A model generated the notes under the pieces. The model was not told the origin of the DNA, made no database searches, and saw nothing but the letters and a program-made list of their open reading frames with translations. A stretch of DNA of 64,000 bases. Source: Macrostomum hystrix (taxonomy: Eukaryota; Animalia; Platyhelminthes). Where the stretch lies: NCBI GenBank assembly GCA_950097015.1, contig CATNEN010000034.1, positions 5,022,001 to 5,086,000 on the forward strand, read 5' to 3'. Below, one piece after another: positions 50,071-62,486 of the stretch; positions within the stretch are counted from its first letter, which is position 1, and each line of letters begins with the position of its first letter. The translations under genes were made by a program, and so were the position numbers.

Positions 50071-50846
50071 CCGTCACTCAGCTGTCCAGAGTGTTTTCCT
50101 CAGTCACTGAGCTGTCCAGAGTGTTTTCCTCAGTCACTCAGCTGTCCAGAGTGCCACCCTCAGTCACTCAGCTGTCCAGAGTGTTTTCCTCAGTCACTCA
50201 GCTGTCCAGAGTGCCACCCTCAGTCACTCAGCTGTCCAGAGTGTTTTCCTCAGTCACTCAGCTTTCCAGAGTGTTTTCCTCAGTCACTCAGCTGTCCAGA
50301 GTGTTATCCTCAGTCACTCAGCTGTCCAGAGTGTTATCCTCAGTCACTCAGCTGTCCAGAGTGCCACCCTCAGTCACTCAGCTGTCCAGAGTGCCACCCT
50401 CAGTCACTCAGCTGTCCAGAGTGCCACCCTCAGTCACTCAGCTGTCCAGAGTGTTTTCCTCAGTCACTCAGCTGTCCAGAGTGCCACCCTCAGTCACTCA
50501 GCTGTCCAGAGTGTTTTCCTCAGTCACTCAGCTGTCCAGAGTGTTTTCCTCAGTCACTCAGCTGTCCAGAGTGTTTTCCTCAGTCACTCAGCTGTCCAGA
50601 GTGTTATCCTCAGTCACTCAGCTGTCCAGAGTGTTATCCTCAGTCACTCAGCTGTCCAGAGTGCCACCCTCAGTCACTCAGCTGTCCAGAGTGCCACCCT
50701 CAGTCACTCAGCTGTCCAGAGTGCCACCCTCAGTCACTCAGCTGTCCAGAGTGTTATCCTCAGTCACTCAGCTGTCCAGAGTGTTATCCTCAGTCACTCA
50801 GCTGTCCAGAGTGCCACCCTCAGTCACTCAGCTGTCCAGAGTGCCC
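50071..50846. repeat. 30-bp minisatellite CAGTCACTCAGCTGTCCAGAGTG(TTTT/TTAT/CCAC)CCT
   Basis: About 26 copies; homologous to the 58070-58812 array. Confidence 0.96.
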
Positions 50847-51471
50847 TCGAATTCCTATCATTACTATGTTAGCAATGGCTATCTTGTACTCTGTGTTCTG
50901 GCCTCTGTCTGCAAATTAAACCTAGGCAGCCAGACCCTTTAATCTTGATTTCCTAATCATTCCGCTACCTCCTCCCGTCAATGGGAAGGCTGAGTGTCCC
51001 ATTTTTCCCACTGTGCCCTTATCCTTCTATGTCATTCATTATTTTGCACTTTTTTGCAGCAAATATGCGTGGTATTTCCGCCGCTGGTCTAGCCGGGATG
51101 CACTTTTATTCGCTGCATGCGAGCCGTATTTCTCCAAGTGCACTTAAAATTAAAAAACTGGAAAATACGCCCTGCCTGTTAGCTATATAAATTTATTCTG
51201 TAGATCTGGCTAAATTCATGCAGGTGTTTTCCAATTTCCCTGTTAGCTTTTGATTTTAGCCGAACGAACCGATATGCATTCATTTAGTTCCTGAAGAGAC
51301 TCGCATGGGCAATCAAAGCTGTTTAGAAATTTATGTTTCGTCGTTAGTTTTTGCCATTTACTTTTTATTAGCTAAGAATATTGTTCATGTTTCTCTGATT
51401 AGGTCGAAAAGCTTGTTGTTTTCTCCGTTAAAGTATTTAAACGTACTAGACCTAGACTATCCAAGTCGAAA

Positions 51472-51868
51472 AAGCTTGCTGTTCTCTGATTGGTCAAGTA
51501 GAATAAGCTTGCTGTTCTCTGATTGGTCGAGTAGAATAAGCTTGCTGTTCTCTGATTGGTCGAGTAGAATAAGCTTGTTGTTCTCTGATTGGTCGAGTAG
51601 AATAAGCTTGTTGTTCTCTGATTGGTCGAGTAGAATAAGCTTGTTGTTCTCTGATTGGTCAAGTAGAATAAGCTTTTTGTTCTCTGATTGGTCAAGTAGA
51701 ATAAGCTTGTTGTTCTCTGATTGGTCGAGTAGAATAAGCTTGTTGTTCTCTGATTGGTCGAGTAGAATAAGCTTGTTGTTCTCTGATTGGTCGAGTAGAA
51801 TAAGCTTGTTCTCTGATTGGTCGAGTAGAATAAGCTTGTTGTTCTCTGATTGGTCGAGTAGAATAAGC
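51472..51868. repeat. 33-bp minisatellite AAGCTTGTTGTTCTCTGATTGGTCGAGTAGAAT; each unit contains an inverted CCAAT box
   Basis: About 12 copies ending ~120 bp upstream of the acceptor at 51990. Confidence 0.93.
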
Positions 51869-51990
51869 AATCAAAGCTTTGCTCTGATTGGTCCAGTGGA
51901 TTAAGACTCCAGTGATTGATTCGGTAGAATACTATTTCTGTCCTCTGATTAGTCCAGTGAAACAAAAAAATTACCCTGATTTTCTCGCAG

Positions 51991-54900
51991 TCTAAAGCGC
52001 CTGCCGCATTGCGTGCCACAGCGGCTCGCTGCCTATTGGCTTCTGTTCGTCCAACCAATCAGATAGCGCCGGCTCTGCTCAATGCCACCGGCTGTCGGCC
52101 TCGCCGTCTCCGGCAAGCTGTGTACATTGCCCGCTCCGGCGGCGCCGGCGCTCTCCTAATGGAATTCGGGCACTGGTCGGAAGTGCGCGACTATCTGATT
52201 GGCTCCGGAGAGGCTAGCATGAGAGGCCGATTTTTCCTACCCTCTCCGTTGCTAGGAGACCCGGCCTGGGCGGAGTCGGCTACCGCCGGCTGCTTCTCCG
52301 GTCTGGGCACGCTTCGCCTAGCCGGCCTCCAACTGGCCGACAATCCTTTGGCCGGGTGTCGCAACCAATCAGACAGCTTGTCCGGCCAGGTCATGCGCCT
52401 CTGCCTGTCCGCTCTGCTGCCCGAGTGCGAGCTACTGGCTCGTCGCCTCTTTGCCGTCCAATGCGAACGAATTCTAGCCGCAGTCGGCTCGCCTTGCCGC
52501 GTGGCCATTGTCGGCGGCTCCAGGTGCGGCTTCGGTGTGCGCGGCAGTCCGCTGAACCTCGCGATACTGCCGCAACAGCTCGGGACTGCATCGCACTATA
52601 CAGACATGGCCGCTTTCAACACTAGAGAGCCTCGGTGAGATGATTGTGTGCGTCAAACTACTCATTTGTTTATACAGGTGTGCTCAGCCCCTGTTTAATT
52701 TGGAGTGGAAATCTGCGATTTATGAGAGCAGTATTGAAAATTTTCCTCTTTTACAAATACCCACTGCTTGCTGTCTGCGCGAACATTCCCATCTCTCATC
52801 TCTCTCTTCTCATCTCTCCCTCTCTCTTCTCATCTCTCCCTCTCTTCTCATCTCTCCCTCTCTTCTCATCTCTCCCTCTCTTCTCATCTCTCCCTCTCTT
52901 CTCATCTCTCCCTCTCTTCTTATCTCTCACTCTCTTCTCTTCTCATCTCTCCCTCTCTTCTCATCTCTCCCTCTCTTCTCATCTCTCCCTCTCTTCTCAT
53001 CTCTCCCTCTCTTCTCTTCTCATCTCTCCCTCTCTTCTCATCTCTCCCTCTCTTCTCATCTCTCCCTCTCTTCTCATCTCTCCCTCTCTTCTTATCTCTC
53101 ACTCTCTCTTCTCATCTCTCCCTCTCTTCTCATCTCTCCCTCTCTTCTCATCTCTCCCTCTCTTCTCATCTCTCCCTCTCTTCTTATCTCTCACTCTCTT
53201 CTCTTCTCATCTCTCCCTCTCTTCTCATCTCTCCCTCTCTTCTCATCTCTCCCTCTCTTCTCTTCTCATCTCTCCCTCTCTTCTCTTCTCATCTCTCCCT
53301 CTCTTCTCATCTCTCCCTCTCTTCTCATCTCTCCCTCTCTTCTCTTCTCATCTCTCCCTCTCTTCTCTTCTCATCTCTCCCTCTCTTCTCTTCTCATCTC
53401 TCCCTCTCTTCTCATCTCTCCCTCTCTTCTTATCTCTCCCTCTCTTCTCTTCTCATCTCTCCCTCTCTTCTCATCTCTCCCTCTCTTCTCATCTCTCCCT
53501 CTCTTCTCTTCTCATCTCTCCCTCTCTTCTCATCTCTCCCTCTCTTCTCATCTCTCCCTCTCTTCTCTTCTCATCTCTCCCTCTCTTCTCTTCTCATCTC
53601 TCCCTCTCTTCTCATCTCTCCCTCTCTTCTTATCTCTCCCTCTCTTCTCTTCTCATCTCTCCCTCTCTTCTCATCTCTCCCTCTCTTCTCATCTCTCCCT
53701 CTCTTCTCTTCTCATCTCTCCCTCTCTTCTCATCTCTCCCTCTCTTCTCATCTCTCCCTCTCTTCTCTTCTCATCTCTCCCTCTCTTCTCATCTCTCCCT
53801 CTCTTCTCATCTCTCCCTCTCTTCTCATCTCTCCCTCTCTTCTCTTCTCATCTCTCCCTCTCTTCTCTTCTCATCTCTCCCTCTCTTCTCATCTCTCCCT
53901 CTCTTCTCATCTCTCCCTCTCTTCTCATCTCTCCCTCTCTTCTCATCTCTCCCTCTCTTCTCATCTCTCCCTCTCTTCTCATCTCTCCCTCTCTTCTCTT
54001 CTCATCTCTCCCTCTCTTCTCTTCTCATCTCTCCCTCTCTTCTCATCTCTCCCTCTCTTCTCATCTCTCCCTCTCTTCTCTTCTCATCTCTCCCTCTCTT
54101 CTCATCTCTCCCTCTCTTCTCATCTCTCCCTCTCTTCTCTTCTCATCTCTCCCTCTCTTCTCATCTCTCCCTCTCTTCTCATCTCTCCCTCTCTTCTCAT
54201 CTCTCCCTCTCTTCTCATCTCTCCCTCTCTTCTCATCTCTCCCTCTCTTCTCTTCTCATCTCTCCCTCTCTTCTCTTCTCATCTCTCCCTCTCTTCTCAT
54301 CTCTCCCTCTCTTCTCATCTCTCCCTCTCTTCTCATCTCTCCCTCTCTTCTCATCTCTCCCTCTCTTCTCATCTCTCCCTCTCTTCTCATCTCTCCCTCT
54401 CTTCTCATCTCTCTCATTATCTTTCTCTTTCTCTCCCCGTCTCTCCCTCTTTTTCCATCCATCTCTCTTGTTTTTCCTTTGCCTCTCATGACGCCGACTT
54501 TCATGCCTAAGAAAAAGTGCGCAATAATTTGCGTCATCTAGCTCGCGGCTTCACAGTGCCCGACCTGCTACGAGCTATTTTGTTTTTGTGCAGTATCTTC
54601 CTTTCACGCCTATTTTTTCCTAATTGCTTTCCGGCCTTAAATCTGGTGCGGCGATTTCCTTAATCCGCTCTGGCTGTCTAGAATTGCTCTTTTCACTTCC
54701 CACACATCTACTAATCTATTTCTTTTTTATTTTTCACACGAATGGTCAAATAAGGAAAATATTTGTTCATTGATTCCCAAGTAATTTCCTACTTGCCTTC
54801 ATTACTACGTTCCCATTTTCCTCTGACCCAAAGATTCTGATCCCTCTGACCCAAGGATTCTGATCCCTCTGACCCAAGGATTCTGATCCCTTTGACCCAT

Positions 54901-56927
54901 GGATTCTGTTCCCTCTGACCCTAGGATTCTGATCCCTCTGACCCATGGATTCTGATCCCTCTGGCCCATGGATTATGATCCTCTGACCCAAGGATTCTGA
55001 TCCCTCTGATCCTAGGATTCTGATCCCTCTGACCCATGGATTCGGTTCCCTCTGATCCTAGGATTCTGATCCCTCTGACCCATGGATTCTGATCCCTCTG
55101 GCCCATGGATTATGATCCTCTGACCCAAGGATTCTGATCCCTCTGATCCTAGGATTCTGATCCCTCTGACCCATGGATTCTGATCCCTCTGACCCAAGGA
55201 TTCTGATCCCTCTGACCCAAGGTTTCTGATCCCTCTGACCCAAGGATTCTGATCCCTCTGACCCATGGATTCTGATCCCTCTGACCCATGTATTCTGATC
55301 CCTCTGACCCATGGATTCTGATCCCTCTGACCCATGGATTCTGATCCCTCTGACCCATGGATTCTGATCCCTCTGACCCATGGATTCTGATCCCTCTGAC
55401 CCATGGATTCTGATCCCTTTGACCCATGGATTCTGTTCCCTCTGATCCTAGGATTCTGATCCCTCTGACCCATGGATTCTGATCCCTTTGACCCATGGAT
55501 TCTGATCCCTCTGACCCATGGATTCTGATCCCTCTGGCCCATGAATTCTGATCCCTTTGACCCAAGGATTCTGTTCCCTCTGATCCTAGGATTCTGATCC
55601 CTCTGACCCATGGATTATGATCCTCTGACCCAAGGATTATGATCCTCTGACCCAAGGATTCTGATCCCTCTGATCCGAGGGTTCTGATCCCTCTGACCAA
55701 TGGATTCTGATCCCTTTGACCCATGGATTCTGTTCCCTCTGATCCTAGGATTCTGATCCCTCTGACCTATGGATTATGATCCTCTGACCCATGGATTATG
55801 ATCCTCTGACCCAAGGATTCTGATCCCTCTGATCCGAGGGTTCTGATCCCTCTGACCAATGGATTCTGATCCCTTTGACCCATGGATTCTGTTCCCTCTG
55901 ATCCTAGGATTCTGATCCCTCTGACCCATGGATTATGATCCCTCTGACCCATGGATTATGATCCTCTGACCCATGGATTATGATCCTCTGACCCAAGGAT
56001 TATGATCCTCTGACCCAAGGATTCTGATCCCTCTGACCCATGGATTCTGATCCCTTTGACCCGACCCATGGATTCTGTTCCCTCTGATCCTATGATTCTG
56101 ATCCCTCTGACCCATGGATTCTGATCCCTCTGACCCATGGATTCTGATCCCTCTGACCGAAGTATTCCCAAAAACAAATCCGCAGCTACGCCAGCCAATC
56201 GGAGTCGCTCCTCGACCTTCTGCACGGCTCCCCCTCCTCGCCGCCTCCTTCGACGCCGTCGATTCTGGCCCGCCTGCTGCTGCTGGCCGACCCCAGCTGC
56301 TCAGAAGTTGCAGCGGTCGGCTCCGAGGTCCGTTTACGCCACAGCCTACTTGACTGCCGCGTCAGCATCGACTTTGCCGCCACCGACGAGGCCAAACGCA
56401 GCGAGCTGGTGCTGGATCAGCAGCTGGGAGTCGAGCTGGCCAAGCACTGCCCGCCGTTGCGGCCGCTGCTGACGGCTCTGCAGTGCCTCTTGATGCCTCA
56501 GCTGAATGTCGCCGACGGCGGCCTAACCGACTGGCACCTGTTGAAACTGCTCTGCGATTCTTTGCACCGCCGAGGTTGCCTCCCGACGCTGAAGGAGGTT
56601 CGCGCGGCGCTCCGACCGACGGGTCTGTCGGCTGAGCACGGCGCCCGCCTTCGGTCTAGCGCGGGCGGCAGTCTGGGACGTCGGCTGCTCGAATCTTTGG
56701 AGGACGCCGCGGATAGCGACGGCTCGTCATTTCCGCTGACCGACGCGGCTCGTCAACCTCTGCGAGAGGCCCGACGGCGGCTGCTGAAGGGCGACAGTCT
56801 GATGGACGTTGTCGGTGATTTCAGCGGCCTTGGCGAGTTGGATGCCAGTGCTGATGACGATGTCGAAAAGTTCGCTAGAATGCTCAGAACTATCGATGCC
56901 GAGGACAGAATTAGGTGTGCCAGCTGA
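51991..56927 (+). CDS. Mitochondrial poly(A) polymerase (MTPAP/PAPD1)-like protein with degenerate catalytic aspartates; start codon not in this exon
   Basis: Exons 51991-52634 and 56186-56927 (phase-2 intron of 3551 bp). Arg/Ala/Leu-rich presequence-like N-terminus. VGGSRCGFGVRGSPLNL aligns ungapped to recalled MTPAP FGSSVNTFGKLGCDLDM. LRPLLTALQC...LTDWHLLKLL...LHRRGCLPTL matches the MTPAP core. A weak donor at 56914 could extend the 3' end. Confidence 0.75.
52791..54415. repeat. 18/23-bp polypyrimidine minisatellite TCTCATCTCTCCCTCTCT(TCTCT) in the MTPAP-like intron
   Basis: Tandem array; explains the ~600-aa ORFs here. Confidence 0.97.
54825..56158. repeat. 23-bp minisatellite CTGACCCATGGATTCTGATCCCT in the MTPAP-like intron
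   Basis: Tandem array ending ~25 bp before the exon 2 acceptor. Confidence 0.96.
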
Positions 56928-57054
56928 TTCCTATGGCACAATGTTCCTGCTGGGTGGATGCACGGTTTAAGTCAGTATTCTTGGTTACTAGTGGGGGCAT
57001 TCGTTTGGGTAATGGTGTGGTAATAATTGGCTAATGATTAAGGACAGTTTTAGG

Positions 57055-57510
57055 ATTGGTCTCAAAGGACGGTTTAGGTAACTGTATCAATTTAAGGTTT
57101 TGATTAATGGTCTCAAAGGAATGTTTTGGGTAATGGTCTCAAAGGAATGTTTTGGGGAATGGTCTCAAAGGAATGGTTTGGGAAATGGTCTCAATGGAAT
57201 GGTTTGGGTAATGGTCTCAAAGGAATGGTTTGGGTAATGGTCTCAAAGGAATGGTTTGGGAAATGGTCTCAATGGAATGGTTTGGGTAATGGTCTCAAAG
57301 GAATGGTTTGAGTAATGGTCTCAAAGGAATGGTTTGGGTAATGGTCTCAAAGGAATGGTTTGGGAAATGGTCTCAAAGGAATGGTTTGGGAAATGGTCTC
57401 AAAGGAATGGTTTGGGTAATGGTCTCAATGGAATGGTTTGGGTAATGTTCTCAAAGGAATGGTTTGGGTAATGGTCTCAAAGGAATGGTTTGGGTAATGG
57501 TCTCAAAGGA
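57055..57510. repeat. 26-bp minisatellite AATGGTCTCAAAGGAATGGTTTGGGT
   Basis: Tandem array. Confidence 0.94.
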
Positions 57511-58069
57511 TGGTAATGGTAATATCCCGAAACCGTATTTTTACAATAAATACACTCCTAAACACATTTATGATTGTGCTGGAGTTTTAAAGCATTTTGT
57601 TATAATTGATTAAATGTATTTGGTACGCTTTTGAATTATTTACTGTAAAATTTTATTATTAACTGTGAATATTTTCCTATTGGTTCATCTTTGCGAACAG
57701 TTTACTCGGTCTTGTCTTGTAGTTTGCTTTCGGAATCTAGGGCATGCATATCTAGCTGCTTTTCCTGCAACTGTCTGTGTTGTCTGTTAAGTTAATGAGG
57801 CATTGCTAAATTTAGATTGCTAGACTAGAATAAGAATAACTAGCTAGGATATGTGGGCCGATGAAATGAAAATTCTGCACTGATTAAGGTCCGTAATTAT
57901 TAGTGCAGTCAGTCATAATTTGCTTACCTGCCTGTTAAGTTTCTTCTTTGTCTTCTGCTATTTTTAGTCTTATAAACTTGGTCGTATTGAGCTCACCACA
58001 CATGAAGTGAAACGTGTACCCAAATTATGCACCTGTGTCCCACAACTGCAGAAACTGATGAATGTATCT

Positions 58070-58812
58070 GTCCTTCAGTGTGTTACCCTCAGTCACTCTC
58101 TGTGTCTTTCAGTGTGTTACCCTCAGTCACTCTGTGTCCTTCAGTGTGTCACCCTCAGTCACTCTGTGTCCTTCAGTGTGTCACCCTCAGTCACTCTGTG
58201 TCCTTCAGTGTGTCACCCTCAGTCACTCTCTGTCCTTTAGTGTGTCACCTCAGTCACTCTGTGTCCTTCAGTGTGTTACCCTCAGTCACTCTGTGTCCTT
58301 CAGTGTGCCACCCTCAGTCACTCTGTGTCCTTCAGTGTGCCATCCTCAGCCACTCTCTGTCCTTCAGTGTGCCACCCTCAGTCACTCTCTGTCCTTCAGT
58401 GTGCCACCCTCAGTCACTCTCTGTCCTTCAGTGTGCCACCCTCAGTCACTCTCTGTCCTTCAGTGTGTCACCCTCAGTCACTATCTGTCCTTCAGTGTGT
58501 CACCCTCAGTCACTCTCTGTCCTTCAGTATGCCACCCTCAGTCACTCTCTGTCCTTCAGTGTGCCACCCTCAGTCACTCTCTGCCCTTCAGTGTGTTACC
58601 CTCAGTCACTCTCTGTCCTTCAGTGTGCCACTCTCAGTCACTCTCTGTCCTTCAGTGTGCCACCCTAAGTCACTCTCTGTCCTTCAGTGTGCCACCCTCA
58701 GTCACTCTCTGTCCTTCAGTGTGCCACCCTCAGTCACTCTCTGTCCTTCAGTGTGTCACCCTCAGTCACTCTCTGTCCTTCAGTGTGCCACCCTCAGTCA
58801 CTCTCTGTCCTT
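58070..58812. repeat. 32-bp minisatellite CCCTCAGTCACTCTCTGTCCTTCAGTGTGCCA
   Basis: About 23 copies. Confidence 0.95.
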
Positions 58813-59574
58813 TTATTTTCGATATTTTCTCTGATAATTTCTGCTAGTTTTATTCAAATACAGCGCAAGTTGGCTTTTATTTATCGTTGAGTCACCATGA
58901 CTAGTGTGGTTACTAGCAACCCTGGAATACTGTGTGTTGTTCACATTCCGTATATATTTGTAAATTTGGCTGCAAAGGCCTAGTTAATGTGTCTAGCTAA
59001 CTGTAGCAGGTGTAGGCAGTCCTTCAGTGCCGGCTTTGTATAAAGAAGAAAACTGGCCGACAGACTGACTCACCTCCACTCAACTGGCGTAGAAAAATAT
59101 GCCAAGCCGCTCAACTTTGGGAGAGGGTTGGCGGCTGTCTCTAACATTGACCCTACTGGGAGTGCCTTGGGCGGGGAATACAGAATTACGTAATCTCTCG
59201 TTTCTCTCTAGCACTGTTCCAGTAGCAGCAGCAGCCACGGCCGCTACGGTGATTCTTTTCAACAGACCCCTTGTGTCCAATTAACGTGTAGGTGAATTCG
59301 TTTCATCTTGTTGTTTCAAGCATTGCGCACTGAATCTGTTAATCTTTTAGTAATCAAATTTGTAAGCTCTCTCTATTTGCTACTTTTTCTGTTCGTAAGA
59401 TTCAATTTGTTGAACACTTATTAAACATTGCTTGATCAGCGGATTATATCTAGGGAATAGAGTGTTATAATCCTTATTATAATCCCATTATAATCCTTAC
59501 TGTCTCCCTGTTTCGATGCTTTTTATCCCTTAGCTGTCTTAACTCTCCCGTTGACTGTGTCCAACCTCCCCTGT

Positions 59575-59730
59575 CCATGTCTCATCTCTCTCGCGTCTAA
59601 TCTCTCCCCTGTCTATGTCTCATCTCTTAATTGTCTCATGTCTCAATCGTCTCATCTCGCAATTGTCTCATCTCTCAATTGTCCCATATCTCGATTGTCT
59701 CATCTCTCCCCTGTCGGCGTCTCACATCTT
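59575..59730. repeat. Degenerate TCTCATCTCTC-family array
   Basis: Imperfect copies of the 28.7-kb unit. Confidence 0.7.
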
Positions 59731-60144
59731 TCTATTTTTAGAACTCTTTCTACTATTCTTGTCTCTTCAAACAAAAGCATGTTTCAAACAAATACATATT
59801 TTATTTATTATTTCTCAAGACAGTTTTTCCTTCTAGCACTGTCTATCGGAACTTATTATGTCTGCTGAACATATCAATCGACAATCTTTGGCGCAATACT
59901 ATAATTAGGAATGACACCAAATTTGTACAGTGTTTAGGGATCATTTCAGGTAAACCAGAGGCTATTAATAAAACTTCCAAACTTGTGAACAAGCCTTTCA
60001 AGCTTCATTCTTACTGTATCGCATAGTTTACACTCTAGGTTGTCATAAGCAACCTAGCATACATAGGCTGCACTGTGTTTTACTGTGTAAAATTGTACAT
60101 AGCAGTCCAGTTTTTCAAATCAGTTTGCTTGGTTGCGAAGAATG

Positions 60145-60558
60145 TGTGCCATTTCTCCCCATCAGTCCATCAGAGTGTGCCATTTCTCCCCATCAGTCCA
60201 TCAGAGTGTGCCATTTCTCCCCATCAGTCCATCAGAGTGTGCCATTTCTCCCATCAGTCCATCAGAGTGTGCCATTTCTCCCATTCAGTCCATCAGAGTG
60301 TGCCATTTCTCCCCATCAGTCCATCAGAGTGTGCCATTTCTCCCATTCAGTTCTTCAGGGTGTGCCATTTCTCCCATTCAGTTCTTCAGACTGTGCCATT
60401 TCTCCCATTCAGTTCTTCAGGGTGTGCCATTTCTCCCATTCAGTTCTTCAGGGTGTGTCATTTCTCCCATTCAGTTCTTCAGGGTGTGTCATTTCTCCCA
60501 TTCAGTTCTTCAGGGTGTGTCATTTCTCCCATTCAGTTCTTCAGGGTGTGCCATTTCT
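60145..60558. repeat. ~30-bp minisatellite GTGCCATTTCTCCCAT(T)CAG..., with two variant blocks
   Basis: Tandem array switching from TCCATCAGAGT to TTCTTCAGGGT units. Confidence 0.93.
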
Positions 60559-60699
60559 CAAAGAGATTTTGGGACTAGGGCAGATCGTGGTAAATGAGTA
60601 TAGAATGTTATTGTTAGGCAGGTCAGAGATTTTGAAGTTGAGCAGTTTGGAGTTTGCTGGCTTATAGTGAGCATATGCACTCACGCAGGGGAGGACTTT

Positions 60700-61010
60700 T
60701 GGGAAGGGGCAAATTTTGCCGCGCGCGAAGAGTGAGGTATAGGGAGAGAAGGAGACAGGCCGAATCCCACGCCCACGCGCAGTCTAGGGCCGCCGCCGCC
60801 ACCGCCTCCGCAATTTCGCCCTCCGCCGCCCCCCTCTCTCCTCAATCGCCCCGGTGACCGCCCGCCCCAACCTCCCCGCCTCCGCCCGGCATTTTTCTTA
60901 GAGAAAAAAACTTTCCCGGCCCCCTTCTCCGCTTTGGCCTACGGTTCGATTGCTCGCCGACACCTCCTCCGCCCTGACTGCCTTCCCAAGGCGGCCCTTC
61001 AAGTGCATGC
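60700..61010. promoter_or_regulatory. CpG/GC-rich island, possible promoter
   Basis: Local GC/CpG enrichment with several CCGCC motifs and no clear ORF. A - strand donor GTGAGT lies at ~60683. Confidence 0.35.
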
Positions 61011-61127
61011 GAGAACTCATTCTCCCCTATTCCAAATTTAGACAGGCCTGCAATAAAAAATAATAATCAAGCCTTTCGTTTAAATGGTTAGCGGGTGAGA
61101 ATTTATCATACAATACACAAAATCTGA

Positions 61128-62450
61128 GATCAATAGAGAGTAGACTGAGATTGAGAGAGAGAGAGATAGTAGACTGAGATGGAGAGAGAGAGTAGACTGA
61201 GATTAAGAGAGAGAGTAGAATGAGATTGAGAGAGAGAGAGTAGAATGAGATTGAGAGAGAGAGAGTAGACTGAGATTAAGAGAGAGAGAATATAATGAGA
61301 TTGAGAGAGAGAGAGAATAGACTGAGATTGAGAGAGAGAGATAGTAGACTCAAATTGAGAGAGAGAGAGAGAGAGAGTAGACTGAGATGGAGAGAGAGAG
61401 TAGACTGAGATTAAGAGAGAGAGTAGAATGAGATTGAGAGAGAGAGAGAGTAGAATGAGATTGAGAGAGAGAGAGTAGACTGAGATTAAGAGAGAGAGAG
61501 TAGAATGAGATTGAGAGAGAGAGAGAATAGACTGAGATTGAGAGAGAGAGTAGACTGAGATGGAGAGAGAGAGTAGACTGAGATTAAGAGAGAGAGTAGA
61601 ATGAGATTGAGAGAGAGAGAGTAGAATGAGATTGAGAGAGAGAGAGTAGACTGAGATTAAGAGAGAGAGTAGAATGAGATTGAGAGAGAGAGAATAGACT
61701 GAGATTGAGAGAGAGAGATAGTAGACTCAAATTGAGAGAGAGAGAGAGAGAGTAGACTGAGATGGAGAGAGAGAGTAGACTGAGATTAAGAGAGAGAGTA
61801 GAATGAGATTGAGAGAGAGAGAGAGTAGAATGAGATTGAGAGAGAGAGAGTAGAATGAGATTGAGAGAGAGAGAGAATAGACTGAGATTGAGAGAGAGAG
61901 TAGACTGAGATGGAGAGAGAGAGTAGACTGAGATTGAGAGAGAGAGTAGACTGAGATTGAGAGAGAGAGAGTAGAATGAGATTGAGAGAGAGAGAGAGTA
62001 GAATGAGATGGAGAGAGAGAGTAGAATGAGATTGAGAGAGAGAGTAGACTGAGATTAAGAGAGAGAGAGTAGAATGAGATTGAGAGAGAGAGAGAGAGTA
62101 GAATGAGATTAAGAGAGAGAGTAGAATGAGATTGAGAGAGAGAGTAGAATGAGATTGAGAGAGAGAGTAGACTGAGATTGAGAGAGAGAGTAGACTCAGA
62201 TGGAGAGACAGAGTAGACTGAGATTGAGAGAGAGAGAGTAGAATGAGATTGAGAGAGAGAGAGAGTAGACTGAGATTGAGAGAGAGAGTATACTGACATG
62301 GTGAGAGAGTAGACTGACATGGAGAGAGAGTAGACTGACATGGTGAGAGAGTAGACTGACATGGAGAGAGAGTAGACTGACATGGAGAGAGAGTAGACTG
62401 ACATGGAGAGAGAGAGTAGACTGAGATTGAGAGAGAGAGATAGTAGACTC

Positions 62451-62486
<36 letters not shown>

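Noticed and set aside
52640-54541. Three ~600-aa Ser/Leu ORFs
   Set aside because: Polypyrimidine minisatellite inside an intron.
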